This document shows, piece by piece, positions 7,033 through 14,403 of a stretch of 14,422 bases of DNA. Both the position numbers and the translations under genes were made by a program. The DNA comes from Candidatus Micrarchaeota archaeon (GTDB lineage Archaea; Micrarchaeota; Micrarchaeia; Anstonellales; Anstonellaceae). Each line of letters starts with the position of its first letter. Position 1 is the stretch's first letter. The notes beneath the pieces were generated by a model, which was not told where the DNA came from, made no database searches, and was given only the letters and a program-made list of their open reading frames with translations. Location of the stretch: assembly GCA_013331805.1 (NCBI GenBank), contig DUFS01000005.1, forward strand, positions 1 to 14,422, written 5' to 3'.

Positions 7033-8826
7033 CTAGATTTTCCCCAATGCCCACAAAAGCAGAAGCGCGGATGCTATTAGGATTATGGGAAGCGCCACCC
7101 GGAGTATGGAAACTGCCGCGTTTATGGTGGAGGCAATTTCCGCGGACTGGCCGGTGCCGAACACCTTTATCCTGAAGCGCTCCTCTGCCGAGTCGAACTT
7201 GACTTCCTCCAGCTTCTTTGCGGCTTGCCCAAACAGCTTGCGCACAGCCATCATCACGTCCCCTTTTTGCGCAACTCCAAGCGGGTTTAGCACGCCGCGG
7301 ACGGTATTGATCTGGTGGGTGTCCGAAGTCATCACTTCGCCCTTGCAGATAAAGCCCTGTTCCCTGCCAAGATTTGCCATGAGGCCGATAAGCTCGGTGC
7401 GGAACTCGGGCACAATGCCGTTGGAGTCTGCCAGCAGAAGCGCGTTCATTTTCTTGCCCTGGGAAAAAAGCGCAAGCTTCAGGCCGTTTTTCCCAATTGT
7501 GTCCACTGCAGGGTAAGCTGAGGCGCAGCCGAACCTGAAGGGTGCTGCCTTGGAGCCGGATTGGAAAAGCTTCTCCGTGGCGTCAAGCATCTCAAATGCA
7601 ATCGGGCTGCCCACTTCCACAGACGAGATGTCGCCGGTTTCCGCATTGTGCTCGTCCACCGCGCAGGCGCTTGAGCAGTATTTCTTTGCCTTTTCCATGA
7701 GAGCCAAGCCCAACCCCATGTTCACATCCTCTGTGGTAAGGGGGGCGCGGGAATAGGAAACGAAAGCAGAGTCATTGATGCGGTAGGCCTGCGCGCGGAC
7801 GCTGCCCACCCTGCAGGAGGCAAAGGAGAGCTCGGACGAAGCAGGCTTTAGCCTTTTGAGGGCTTTTTCGCAGGCGCCCACCACCTTGTGTATTTCTTCA
7901 GAGGAAACCGGGTTGAAGTCGTGCGTGGCTGTCCCATGGAAGACGAATACGTCATTTTTGGCGTTCCCGTGCCTGGAAAGCGAACTTCCAATCATGGAGG
8001 TGAACTCGCTTCCGCCCAGATTCCCGAAAGGACCGTAGTGGATGTAGGGGACCACGAAAATAGCGCTGTTTTCCTTCCCCTTGAATGCCGCAAGCCAGAC
8101 CAGCGTTTCCACTTCCTCGCCGATCTCCTCAAATGCCTCCTCCAGGTCTTTGCCCCCGTACAGCCACTGCGATGCGAACATGGACAGGGCATCCAGGCTG
8201 GAAATCCCAAGGTTCTTTTTCATGGGCATTGAGATGAAGTAGAAAAGCGAGTAGAGCGCAGCAAGGAGCAGGAAGGAGGCGAAATATATCTTGATGAGAG
8301 CCGCCTGGAAATCCTCGCCTGCCGAAAAACCGCCCCTGGCAAGGAAGAACACCGCGAAAAAGACCATCTGCATTGTGGCAAAAAGAAAAGCGCTCCTCCT
8401 GAAGTCAAATGCCAAAAGCAATGTGAAATACCAAAGCCCGAATGCGAATGCGAACCCGACAAAGACTATGTTGTATGCCCAGCTTCCCATGGTGGAAAGG
8501 GCGAACGAGGCAAGGTAAAAGGCGCCATAGACCGCTGCCGAAAGCAGCCCCAGGAAGGCGCTTCTCCTGAATATCGCCTTCCTTCTCATTAGGAAAAGGC
8601 AAGCTGAGGAAAGAAGCGCAGGAAAGGCAAGCACAAAAAAGCCGTCTATGCCTGCTGCGAAAAGCTCAAACGGGCCCATTTGCCTGGCTTTTGCAAGGCC
8701 GAATAGTATTCCGAAAAGGAAGGAGACTGCCAAAATCATGAAGCAGGTCTTTGCAGGGTGGGGAAGGGAAAGGAAGTATTTCGCAAGCACCAGCGCATCC
8801 TTTTTTACCTGCTGCATAAATACCAC
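7033..8826 (-). CDS. DUF2070 family archaeal membrane protein (predicted neutral-ceramidase-like hydrolase)
   Basis: 597 aa; multiple N-terminal TM helices, then IHYGPFGNLGGS, HGTATHDFNPVS, VDEHNA, DSNG, TSDTH and a C-terminal TM helix. Confidence 0.85.
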   Translation of the reverse strand: MVFMQQVKKDALVLAKYFLSLPHPAKTCFMILAVSFLFGILFGLAKARQMGPFELFAAGIDGFFVLAFPALLSSACLFLMRRKAIFRRSAFLGLLSAAVYGAFYLASFALSTMGSWAYNIVFVGFAFAFGLWYFTLLLAFDFRRSAFLFATMQMVFFAVFFLARGGFSAGEDFQAALIKIYFASFLLLAALYSLFYFISMPMKKNLGISSLDALSMFASQWLYGGKDLEEAFEEIGEEVETLVWLAAFKGKENSAIFVVPYIHYGPFGNLGGSEFTSMIGSSLSRHGNAKNDVFVFHGTATHDFNPVSSEEIHKVVGACEKALKRLKPASSELSFASCRVGSVRAQAYRINDSAFVSYSRAPLTTEDVNMGLGLALMEKAKKYCSSACAVDEHNAETGDISSVEVGSPIAFEMLDATEKLFQSGSKAAPFRFGCASAYPAVDTIGKNGLKLALFSQGKKMNALLLADSNGIVPEFRTELIGLMANLGREQGFICKGEVMTSDTHQINTVRGVLNPLGVAQKGDVMMAVRKLFGQAAKKLEEVKFDSAEERFRIKVFGTGQSAEIASTINAAVSILRVALPIILIASALLLLWALGKI

Positions 8827-8833
8827 AAAAGCG

Positions 8834-9043
8834 CTATTTCTGCCTTATGACCGAGCCGCTTTTCTTTTGGGGAAGTGCCCCCTCGCCCTGCTTGAGCATG
8901 GAGTGCAGCCTTTCCCCGTTTTCCAGATACTTTCGCGCCACTTCCTCAAAGCTCTTGCCGGACTTGTGCGCAAGCTTCATGAGCTCAAGGGTGAGAAACC
9001 TGATTTCAGAGTTCGCTGCCGATTCCTTTTCCTCATCTTCCAT
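8834..9043 (-). CDS. Small hypothetical protein (69 aa, MEDEEKES...)
   Basis: ATG 9043 lies 22 nt from the TATATATA at 9066-9073. The sequence is helical and charged, and the gene is co-oriented with DUF2070 across a 7-nt gap. Confidence 0.7.
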   Translation of the reverse strand: MEDEEKESAANSEIRFLTLELMKLAHKSGKSFEEVARKYLENGERLHSMLKQGEGALPQKKSGSVIRQK

Positions 9044-9065
9044 GGCAGCATTTCGCAGGAGTGGG

Positions 9066-9073
9066 TATATATA
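9066..9073. promoter_or_regulatory. Palindromic TATA box shared by divergent genes
   Basis: TATATATA lies 22-23 nt from both ATG 9043 (-) and ATG 9097 (+). Confidence 0.6.
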
Positions 9074-9096
9074 CGTATCTTCGTAGGAATTCCCCC

Positions 9097-9702
9097 ATGG
9101 CAAGGCACTGCCCGATCTGCGGAAAAGCTGAGACAGGAGTCGAGTTTTATGGCGAGCTTTGCCTGCCATGCGCCAAAAGCAGGCTTCCACCCCTCCAGCC
9201 TGTGAAAATCACGCTTTGCCAGAAATGCGGCTCCCTCATAGACAAGGGCAGGAACAGGAAGGATGCCTCGCTTTCAGAAGAGGTGGTGCGGCTCCTGAAG
9301 CTCAAGGGGAAAAATGCGGATTTTGACATAAAGAGGGGCTTAGTCGGATACGACACGCCATTTGGCAGGGTGAGCCAGAGCGCGCTTGTCCTTCAGGATA
9401 AGTCAATCTGCACAATATGCGGGAGGGCGGGAACGCAGTACTTTGAGGCGATAGTGCAGCTTCGCGGGGAGGAGGGAAAGGTCATGAAGATGTCCGATTC
9501 CCTGGTCGGGAAGCTTCAGAAAAAAACATTCGTCCCGAAAATCGAGGAGAAAAAGGAGGGAATAGACATATACGTGGGAAGCAGGAACGAGGCGATTGCA
9601 GCCATCAACGCATTCTCGCTTTCCTTTGTGAGGACCGAAAAGCTCGCTGGCGAGCGGGACGGAAAAAGGCTTTATCGCACTACGCTATTAGTGAGGCTTT
9701 AA
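9097..9702 (+). CDS. nmd3: NMD3-related ribosome biogenesis protein, short form (201 aa)
   Basis: CPICG..LCLPC..LCQKCG..CTICGR, YFEAIVQLR, GIDIYVGS and C-terminal DGKRLYRTTLLVRL match archaeal NMD3. Confidence 0.85.
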   Translation: MARHCPICGKAETGVEFYGELCLPCAKSRLPPLQPVKITLCQKCGSLIDKGRNRKDASLSEEVVRLLKLKGKNADFDIKRGLVGYDTPFGRVSQSALVLQDKSICTICGRAGTQYFEAIVQLRGEEGKVMKMSDSLVGKLQKKTFVPKIEEKKEGIDIYVGSRNEAIAAINAFSLSFVRTEKLAGERDGKRLYRTTLLVRL

Positions 9703-10220
9703 TCCCCGAAATATTCCCCAAACCTTTTGATGTCCGGCGCCTCATTCCCGAATTTCCCGTGCCATTCCCTTGCCAGCCTGCCGTGCTCCAGGAGCTCGCG
9801 CCGAAGCTGCTCCGCCACTTTCTCCGTTCCCTCCTCGCGCTCGAATTTCACTGGGCAGAGCGCGTGCTTCTTCACGTTTTTTCCCCCCAGGTCAAACGGG
9901 TAGAGCCTGCAGACGTGCGGGCGGTTCGGGTAGATCCCGCACGCAAGGTCGTCCTGCAAAAAGACGCAGTCCACGCCCCGTTTCCTCTTCAGCACTATGA
10001 AATATTCCTCCACCGTTCCCTGCCGCTGCACCAGCAGGGGGTAGTGGGGCGTTTCCCTTGAATTTACGTTGGCGGTAAACTCCAGGAAGTCCTCAGGGGC
10101 AAGGCCAAGCTCTTTCACCATCCTTTTGGCTTCCGGTATGGTGAGGACGACTGCGAGCCCGCGGCAGCAGCGGGCGGTGCAGCCCTTGCACGAGTTCGTG
10201 ATGGAAGGAGAGATGGACAT
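9699..10220 (-). CDS. YkgJ family cysteine-cluster (CxxCxxCC) protein
   Basis: CKGCTARCC, CVFL, CGIYPNRPHVCRLYPF. Confidence 0.9.
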   Translation of the reverse strand: MSISPSITNSCKGCTARCCRGLAVVLTIPEAKRMVKELGLAPEDFLEFTANVNSRETPHYPLLVQRQGTVEEYFIVLKRKRGVDCVFLQDDLACGIYPNRPHVCRLYPFDLGGKNVKKHALCPVKFEREEGTEKVAEQLRRELLEHGRLAREWHGKFGNEAPDIKRFGEYFGD

Positions 10221-10330
10221 GGGATTCCCTTGGGGGTTGAACCCTCAAGGGGGCAATGGGTTATCTTAGACCCCCTTAGGGATGGGATCGGCTTGCTGTT
10301 CTGCAGCAAGTCTCCCAAATCATTCTGATT

Positions 10331-10440
10331 TGGGATCGTAGGGATTTGAACCCTAACATGCAGGTGTATTCTGGTGCCCGTGCCTTGCGGCGCGGGCGTG
10401 ATCTGGAGCCTGCCGCGCTACCAAGTTACGCCACGACCCC
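10331..10440 (-). tRNA. tRNA-Trp(CCA) with a 37-nt intron at 37/38 (10402..10366)
   Basis: Exon 1 GGGGTCGTGGCGTAACTTGGTAGCGCGGCAGGCTCCAG; exon 2 ACCTGCATGTTAGGGTTCAAATCCCTACGATCCCA. Stems: GGGGTCG/CGATCCC, GCAGG/CCTGC and TAGGG/CCCTA. Confidence 0.93.
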
Positions 10441-10541
10441 CTATTTGACTATTTTTTACCACATCAAACTAACCCGCCGCTGCCGTCCATTGCGGCGGTG
10501 CCGTAATGGCTTATTATGGCGCTCGGTTTTTTAAATCAGCT

Positions 10542-10682
10542 TCAACGCTTTTGAACGCTGAATTTTTCAGCTCCTGGCCTGAGCCGGACAACCAAGGAGT
10601 CGTTTTCTTCCCCGGCTTCAAGGTCCTCCCAGTTCTCGTTTATAGCGATTCTCAGGCAGTTCAGTCTCACATCAAAGCCCAT
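10542..10682 (-). CDS. Small hypothetical protein (46 aa; not in the ORF track)
   Basis: MGFDVRLNCLRIAINENWEDLEAGEENDSLVVRLRPGAEKFSVQKR, preceded by a strong SD (GGAGGTGA-TTTG-ATG). Confidence 0.55.
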   Translation of the reverse strand: MGFDVRLNCLRIAINENWEDLEAGEENDSLVVRLRPGAEKFSVQKR

Positions 10683-10802
10683 CAAATCACCTCCGCTGGT
10701 CGTCTAGCGAGATTCCTATTACACTATCCAAACAACCATCCAGCTGTGGGATAGCCTTAAATACTTTGTCTTACGTAACTTATCTTGAAGATGTGTTTTG
10801 AC

Positions 10803-11594
10803 ATGCAAAATATCAGATTCGGGGAGATGGAATCCAAGGCGCTTTTCGCGCTGGAGGAGCGCGAGGCAGGGATAATCACGCTCGGGCAACTGGCAGCAAT
10901 GCTTCGGCTGACTCATGTGCAGGCATGGGGCCTTGCCTCCCGCCTGGTGCGCAAGCACCGCCTCATCCGCCTCAAGAGGGGAACCTATCTCTTTGCCCCC
11001 ATGAAGGCAGGCCCCAAAGGAGAGTGGAGCGAGGATGCACTAGGGGCGGTGCCCAAGCTTATGGAAGGCCGTGAATATTACGTAGGATTCTGGGCGGCAC
11101 TCAGCCATTACGGGCTCACAGAGCAAATCCCCCTGAACATCCAGCTGGTAACGCGAGGCCAGCAGCGCCATTTCAGGGCCCTCCAGACGAGCTTCGAGTT
11201 TGTCCAAGTGAGAAGATTGGGCGAGTGGAAGATGGAAAAAATCGGTGCGCATGATGTGAAGATGGCTACTGTTGAGCAGCTCATCCTGGACTGCCTGTCC
11301 ATGCCTGAGAAGTGCGGGGGCGTCAAGATGGCCTGCCAGGCGATTTGGACAGCTCAGGAAAAGGTGGATTGGAAAAAGCTGGAAACTTTGGCTTCCAAAT
11401 CAAATGACGCGGTCCGAAGGCGGCTGGGCTATGTGTGCGAACTGCTCAATGTGCGCAAAATGAAGCCCGGCAGGCTGGCGGGCTGGCGCTGGCTCGACCC
11501 TTCTGCCAAGAAACAGGCGCTGGCCAAATCCGAAAAATGGGGGCTGGTATTAAATGTTGGGGAGAAGCAGCTGATGGAATGGAGGGAGACTTGA
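10803..11594 (+). CDS. abiEi: Type IV toxin-antitoxin AbiEi-family antitoxin / wHTH transcriptional regulator
   Basis: N-terminal wHTH (LASRLVRKHRLIRLKRGTYL), YYVGFWAALSHYGLTEQIP, ATVEQLILDCL and RRLGYVCE; directly abuts the toxin gene. The ORF track start is 10785, but ATG 10803 is preferred. Confidence 0.88.
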   Translation: MQNIRFGEMESKALFALEEREAGIITLGQLAAMLRLTHVQAWGLASRLVRKHRLIRLKRGTYLFAPMKAGPKGEWSEDALGAVPKLMEGREYYVGFWAALSHYGLTEQIPLNIQLVTRGQQRHFRALQTSFEFVQVRRLGEWKMEKIGAHDVKMATVEQLILDCLSMPEKCGGVKMACQAIWTAQEKVDWKKLETLASKSNDAVRRRLGYVCELLNVRKMKPGRLAGWRWLDPSAKKQALAKSEKWGLVLNVGEKQLMEWRET

Positions 11595-12353
11595 ATGCTT
11601 GCCCTAAGCGAATTGAAGCGTATGGCCGCCCGCGAAGGCGTGCCGCAGGCAATCGTGGAGAAAGATTACGCGCTGTCGGTCGCCCTCAAGGTTCTTGCTG
11701 GATCGGAGCTGGCCCAAAGGTGCGTTTTCAAGGGAGGCACGGCGATTCGCAAGGCCTATTTCAAGGAGGCGAGATATTCCGAAGACCTGGACTTCACGGC
11801 CATCAATATGGAAAAGGGCGACTGCCTGCGCCTGTTGCGCGCAGCGCTTGAAGGCAAAACAACAGAGGGCATCCTGTTTGCGGATATTGAGGAGATAAGG
11901 ACGGCGGCAGGCCTCAAGGCGGCTGTGAAATACCTTGGCCCTCTCGGCTATGCACAAAGGATCAGGTTTGATTTCAGTTTCAGGGACAACCTGGCGGAGA
12001 AGCCCGAGGTGCGGGGCCTGATTGACTCTTACAGCATCGGACCGGCCAAGATGCAGGTTATGGGCATCGAAGAGATATTTGCCGAGAAGTTGCACGCGCT
12101 GGGCTCCCGCTCCGCGCCCAGAGACCTGTACGATGTCTGGTTCCTGCTGGGCAAGGGCGTCAAGGTGGATTCCAAAGTGCTTGAACGCAAGTTCGACTTT
12201 TACAACGAAAAGTTCGACGCAAAGAAGGCGATTGACAACGCCCGAAAGAGCGAAGAGGAATGGACGCGGGATTTGCAGCCCCTGCTCAAGATGTTGCCGG
12301 ACTACGAGAAAGTGGAACGCGAAGTGGAGAAAGGATTGGACCTGTTGTTGTAA
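11595..12353 (+). CDS. abiEii: AbiEii/AbiGii (DUF1814) nucleotidyltransferase toxin
   Basis: VEKDY, FKGGTAI, RYSEDLDF, AEKLHAL and RDLYD motifs. Confidence 0.92.
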   Translation: MLALSELKRMAAREGVPQAIVEKDYALSVALKVLAGSELAQRCVFKGGTAIRKAYFKEARYSEDLDFTAINMEKGDCLRLLRAALEGKTTEGILFADIEEIRTAAGLKAAVKYLGPLGYAQRIRFDFSFRDNLAEKPEVRGLIDSYSIGPAKMQVMGIEEIFAEKLHALGSRSAPRDLYDVWFLLGKGVKVDSKVLERKFDFYNEKFDAKKAIDNARKSEEEWTRDLQPLLKMLPDYEKVEREVEKGLDLLL

Positions 12354-12373
12354 TTAAAAAAAGAGGTGCTACG

Positions 12374-12574
12374 ATGGGAGACACGGTGATCGTAATACCT
12401 GAAGAAATGCTGCGCCTGAACAAGGCAAAAGACGGCCTTGTCCTGCCGCGAGAAGTGCCCCTGGAATGGGCATTCGGCGGCTATACCCGCAGCGGCAACT
12501 GGAAGGAGTTTTTTAACAGGAGGATATGCGGGCATGTGCGAGACGAGGACAATTCGGTAATTTCAGGGGATTGA
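12374..12574 (+). CDS. Small hypothetical protein (66 aa), possibly a truncated gene
   Basis: GAGGTG SD before ATG 12374 (MGDTVIVIPEEMLRL...). Confidence 0.5.
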   Translation: MGDTVIVIPEEMLRLNKAKDGLVLPREVPLEWAFGGYTRSGNWKEFFNRRICGHVRDEDNSVISGD

Positions 12575-12661
12575 CGAATCAGCTCGACTTGATCTTTGCC
12601 TTGCCGCAGCTTGAGAATAAAGAAGAAGGGATTTTCCAAAAAGGAGCTTGAGGGATTGTAG

Positions 12662-13228
12662 ATGAAACGTCTCTATCTGTCTTTTGCCCCTCCGAAAAAG
12701 TGGAGAAACGGCAGGCAGAAGAAATGGCTTGAGGGCACCGCCTGGAAGCGGCTGCGGCAGAAAACAATGGACAGACACGATTACGCCTGTGTTTATTGCG
12801 GCTATCGCTCGGAAAAATACCAGATTGCAGACCATATTGACGGCGACCCTGAAAATAATGCTGACAGCAACCTGCAGGTCGTATGCCAGATGTGCAACCT
12901 GATAAAGCACTCGGGGCAGGGGTGCGTCATAGTCGGGATTGTCGACCTTTACAAAAAATCGAGGTTTTCCCAAAACGAGATAATGCGCCTGACGCACGAA
13001 ATGCGGGGCAGGGGCGCGAGCGACGCTAGGATAATCCGCCATCTTGGGCTTGAGGAAAAAGCCAGGTTCAGGCAGGACAGGGGCTATTTGAAAGGGCTTT
13101 ACGGTTTTGTGACTTCAAAGCCCAGCTTCGATGAAAACGATATGTACAGCAAATGGCTGGGATACCGCAAATCACATAATAGCGAGCCAAAATTGGATGA
13201 ACACCAAACAAGACTAACTGAGCGATAA
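12662..13228 (+). CDS. HNH endonuclease
   Basis: WKRLRQKTMDRHDYACVYCG ... DHIDGDPENNADSNLQVVCQMCNLIKH. Confidence 0.9.
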   Translation: MKRLYLSFAPPKKWRNGRQKKWLEGTAWKRLRQKTMDRHDYACVYCGYRSEKYQIADHIDGDPENNADSNLQVVCQMCNLIKHSGQGCVIVGIVDLYKKSRFSQNEIMRLTHEMRGRGASDARIIRHLGLEEKARFRQDRGYLKGLYGFVTSKPSFDENDMYSKWLGYRKSHNSEPKLDEHQTRLTER

Positions 13229-13240
13229 GGGTGAGTCAGA

Positions 13241-14233
13241 ATGAAAAACATTTCTCAGGCAACCGTTGAAGATGTCCGTTCGCTTGCAGGTTCGAAAATC
13301 TTCCGGCGGGGAGTGGAATACTTTGCTGAAGGCTGTGTTGTAAATCCGAGCGTCTTGGGAAACGAGATACGCGCAGAAGTGGAGGGTTCCTCATCAAGCA
13401 ACTACAAAACATATGTCAAGCTTGAACGTGGCAAACTGAAAAGCGATTGCAGCTGCCCTTATGACTGGGGCGTATGCAAACACGTAATAGCGCTGCTTTT
13501 GCACTGGATAAACCGGAGAGAAGACTTTGAAGATATGGGCAAGAAGTCAAAAGATGCAGCCAAAATGCCGAAAGCTGATTTGGTGAAAATAGTCGAAACA
13601 CTCGCTCGAGAGGAGCCCCAAACGTTCTCGAAAATCATGGAGCTGGCCCTTCCGCAGAAAATTTCAAATGAAACCGGTTCCCCTGATTTCGTAAAACAGG
13701 CACTGCGGACGCTTGAGCATGGCGCAGGCTATCAGGAGATGTCGTCTGCGATGAGGCAACTGGAGGCATGGCGCCAGCGAATGAAAATCAGGCTACAGAC
13801 GAAACAATATGATTACGTAGCTGAACAACTATGCAGGCTGGCAGACGCCTGCGCGGTGCATTATGGTTCTTTTGACGATTCGAACGGCCAATTAGCGAGT
13901 TTTGTAGATGAGTGTCTTGCAGATATCGAAAAGATTTGGAGTTCGGTTGGGGAGAAAAAGAGAATCGAGCTCCTTGCGCTTATTTGGAACAGGGCTGAAA
14001 AAGATGATTATGGCTTTGAGGATAGTTTCGATGATTTTCTCATTAAGGCGTGCAAGACCAGCGTGGAGCAGCAGTCACTGAAAAAGCCGATTATTCAAAA
14101 ATTGACGATGCTGGAGGGGGAAGGCGGGAAGAACAGCAAAAGCGGGGCAATGCAATATCAGTATGAACGGGTGTTCGAACTCGCCCTCAATCTCGGCTAT
14201 ATTAACAAGAAGGGCGTCTATCTTCAAGATTGA
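13241..14233 (+). CDS. SWIM zinc-finger domain protein
   Basis: IFRRGVEYF, AEVEGS, CSCPYDWGVCKHVIALL (CxC-x-CxH) and a helical C-terminus with DDSNG; GGTGA SD. Confidence 0.9.
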   Translation: MKNISQATVEDVRSLAGSKIFRRGVEYFAEGCVVNPSVLGNEIRAEVEGSSSSNYKTYVKLERGKLKSDCSCPYDWGVCKHVIALLLHWINRREDFEDMGKKSKDAAKMPKADLVKIVETLAREEPQTFSKIMELALPQKISNETGSPDFVKQALRTLEHGAGYQEMSSAMRQLEAWRQRMKIRLQTKQYDYVAEQLCRLADACAVHYGSFDDSNGQLASFVDECLADIEKIWSSVGEKKRIELLALIWNRAEKDDYGFEDSFDDFLIKACKTSVEQQSLKKPIIQKLTMLEGEGGKNSKSGAMQYQYERVFELALNLGYINKKGVYLQD

Positions 14234-14330
14234 CGTCCCTAGGAGATGTACTCCTGCTATTTAGAAAATGTCAATCCACAGTCAAAAAATCAAATTCTCT
14301 TCTCGATGACCCCAGAACAAAAAGTAGCAC

Positions 14331-14346
14331 GTAACGCCACGACCCC
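14331..14346. repeat. Copy of tRNA-Trp 5' end (putative distal att site)
   Basis: gtaacgccacgacccc versus gttacgccacgacccc at 10425-10440. Confidence 0.75.
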
Positions 14347-14376
14347 GATTTTGAGCGAATTTTCACGTCGTAGATT

Positions 14377-14403
14377 CGCGCTACCAGGTAAATTCGCGAC
14401 CCC
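14377..14403. repeat. Second, degenerate copy of tRNA-Trp 5' end plus D arm
   Basis: cgcgctaccaggtaaattcgcgacccc versus cgcgctaccaagttacgccacgacccc (10414-10440): 21/27 identical without gaps. Confidence 0.65.

Larger units (their letters stand above)
10441..14403. mobile_element. Putative defence/TA island inserted at the 5' end of tRNA-Trp
   Basis: The tRNA 5' end (10425-10440) recurs at 14331-14346 (15/16), and 10414-10440 recurs at 14377-14403 (21/27). Cargo is AbiEi/AbiEii, HNH, SWIM and small ORFs; no integrase is seen. Confidence 0.6.

Noticed and set aside
4616..8602. Antisense and alternate-frame ORFs within the long genes (e.g. 4616..5182, 6325..6873, 7085..7516)
   Set aside because: They are shadow ORFs fully overlapping better-supported genes.
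8834..9190. Extended starts for the 69-aa gene (9190) and for NMD3 (9061)
   Set aside because: They would overlap each other and the shared TATA; ATG 9043 and ATG 9097 fit better.
12662..13228. HNH gene as an IscB/Cas9-like RNA-guided nuclease or intron-encoded homing endonuclease
   Set aside because: Only 188 aa, with no RuvC motifs, no adjacent structured ncRNA evident, and not inside an intron.
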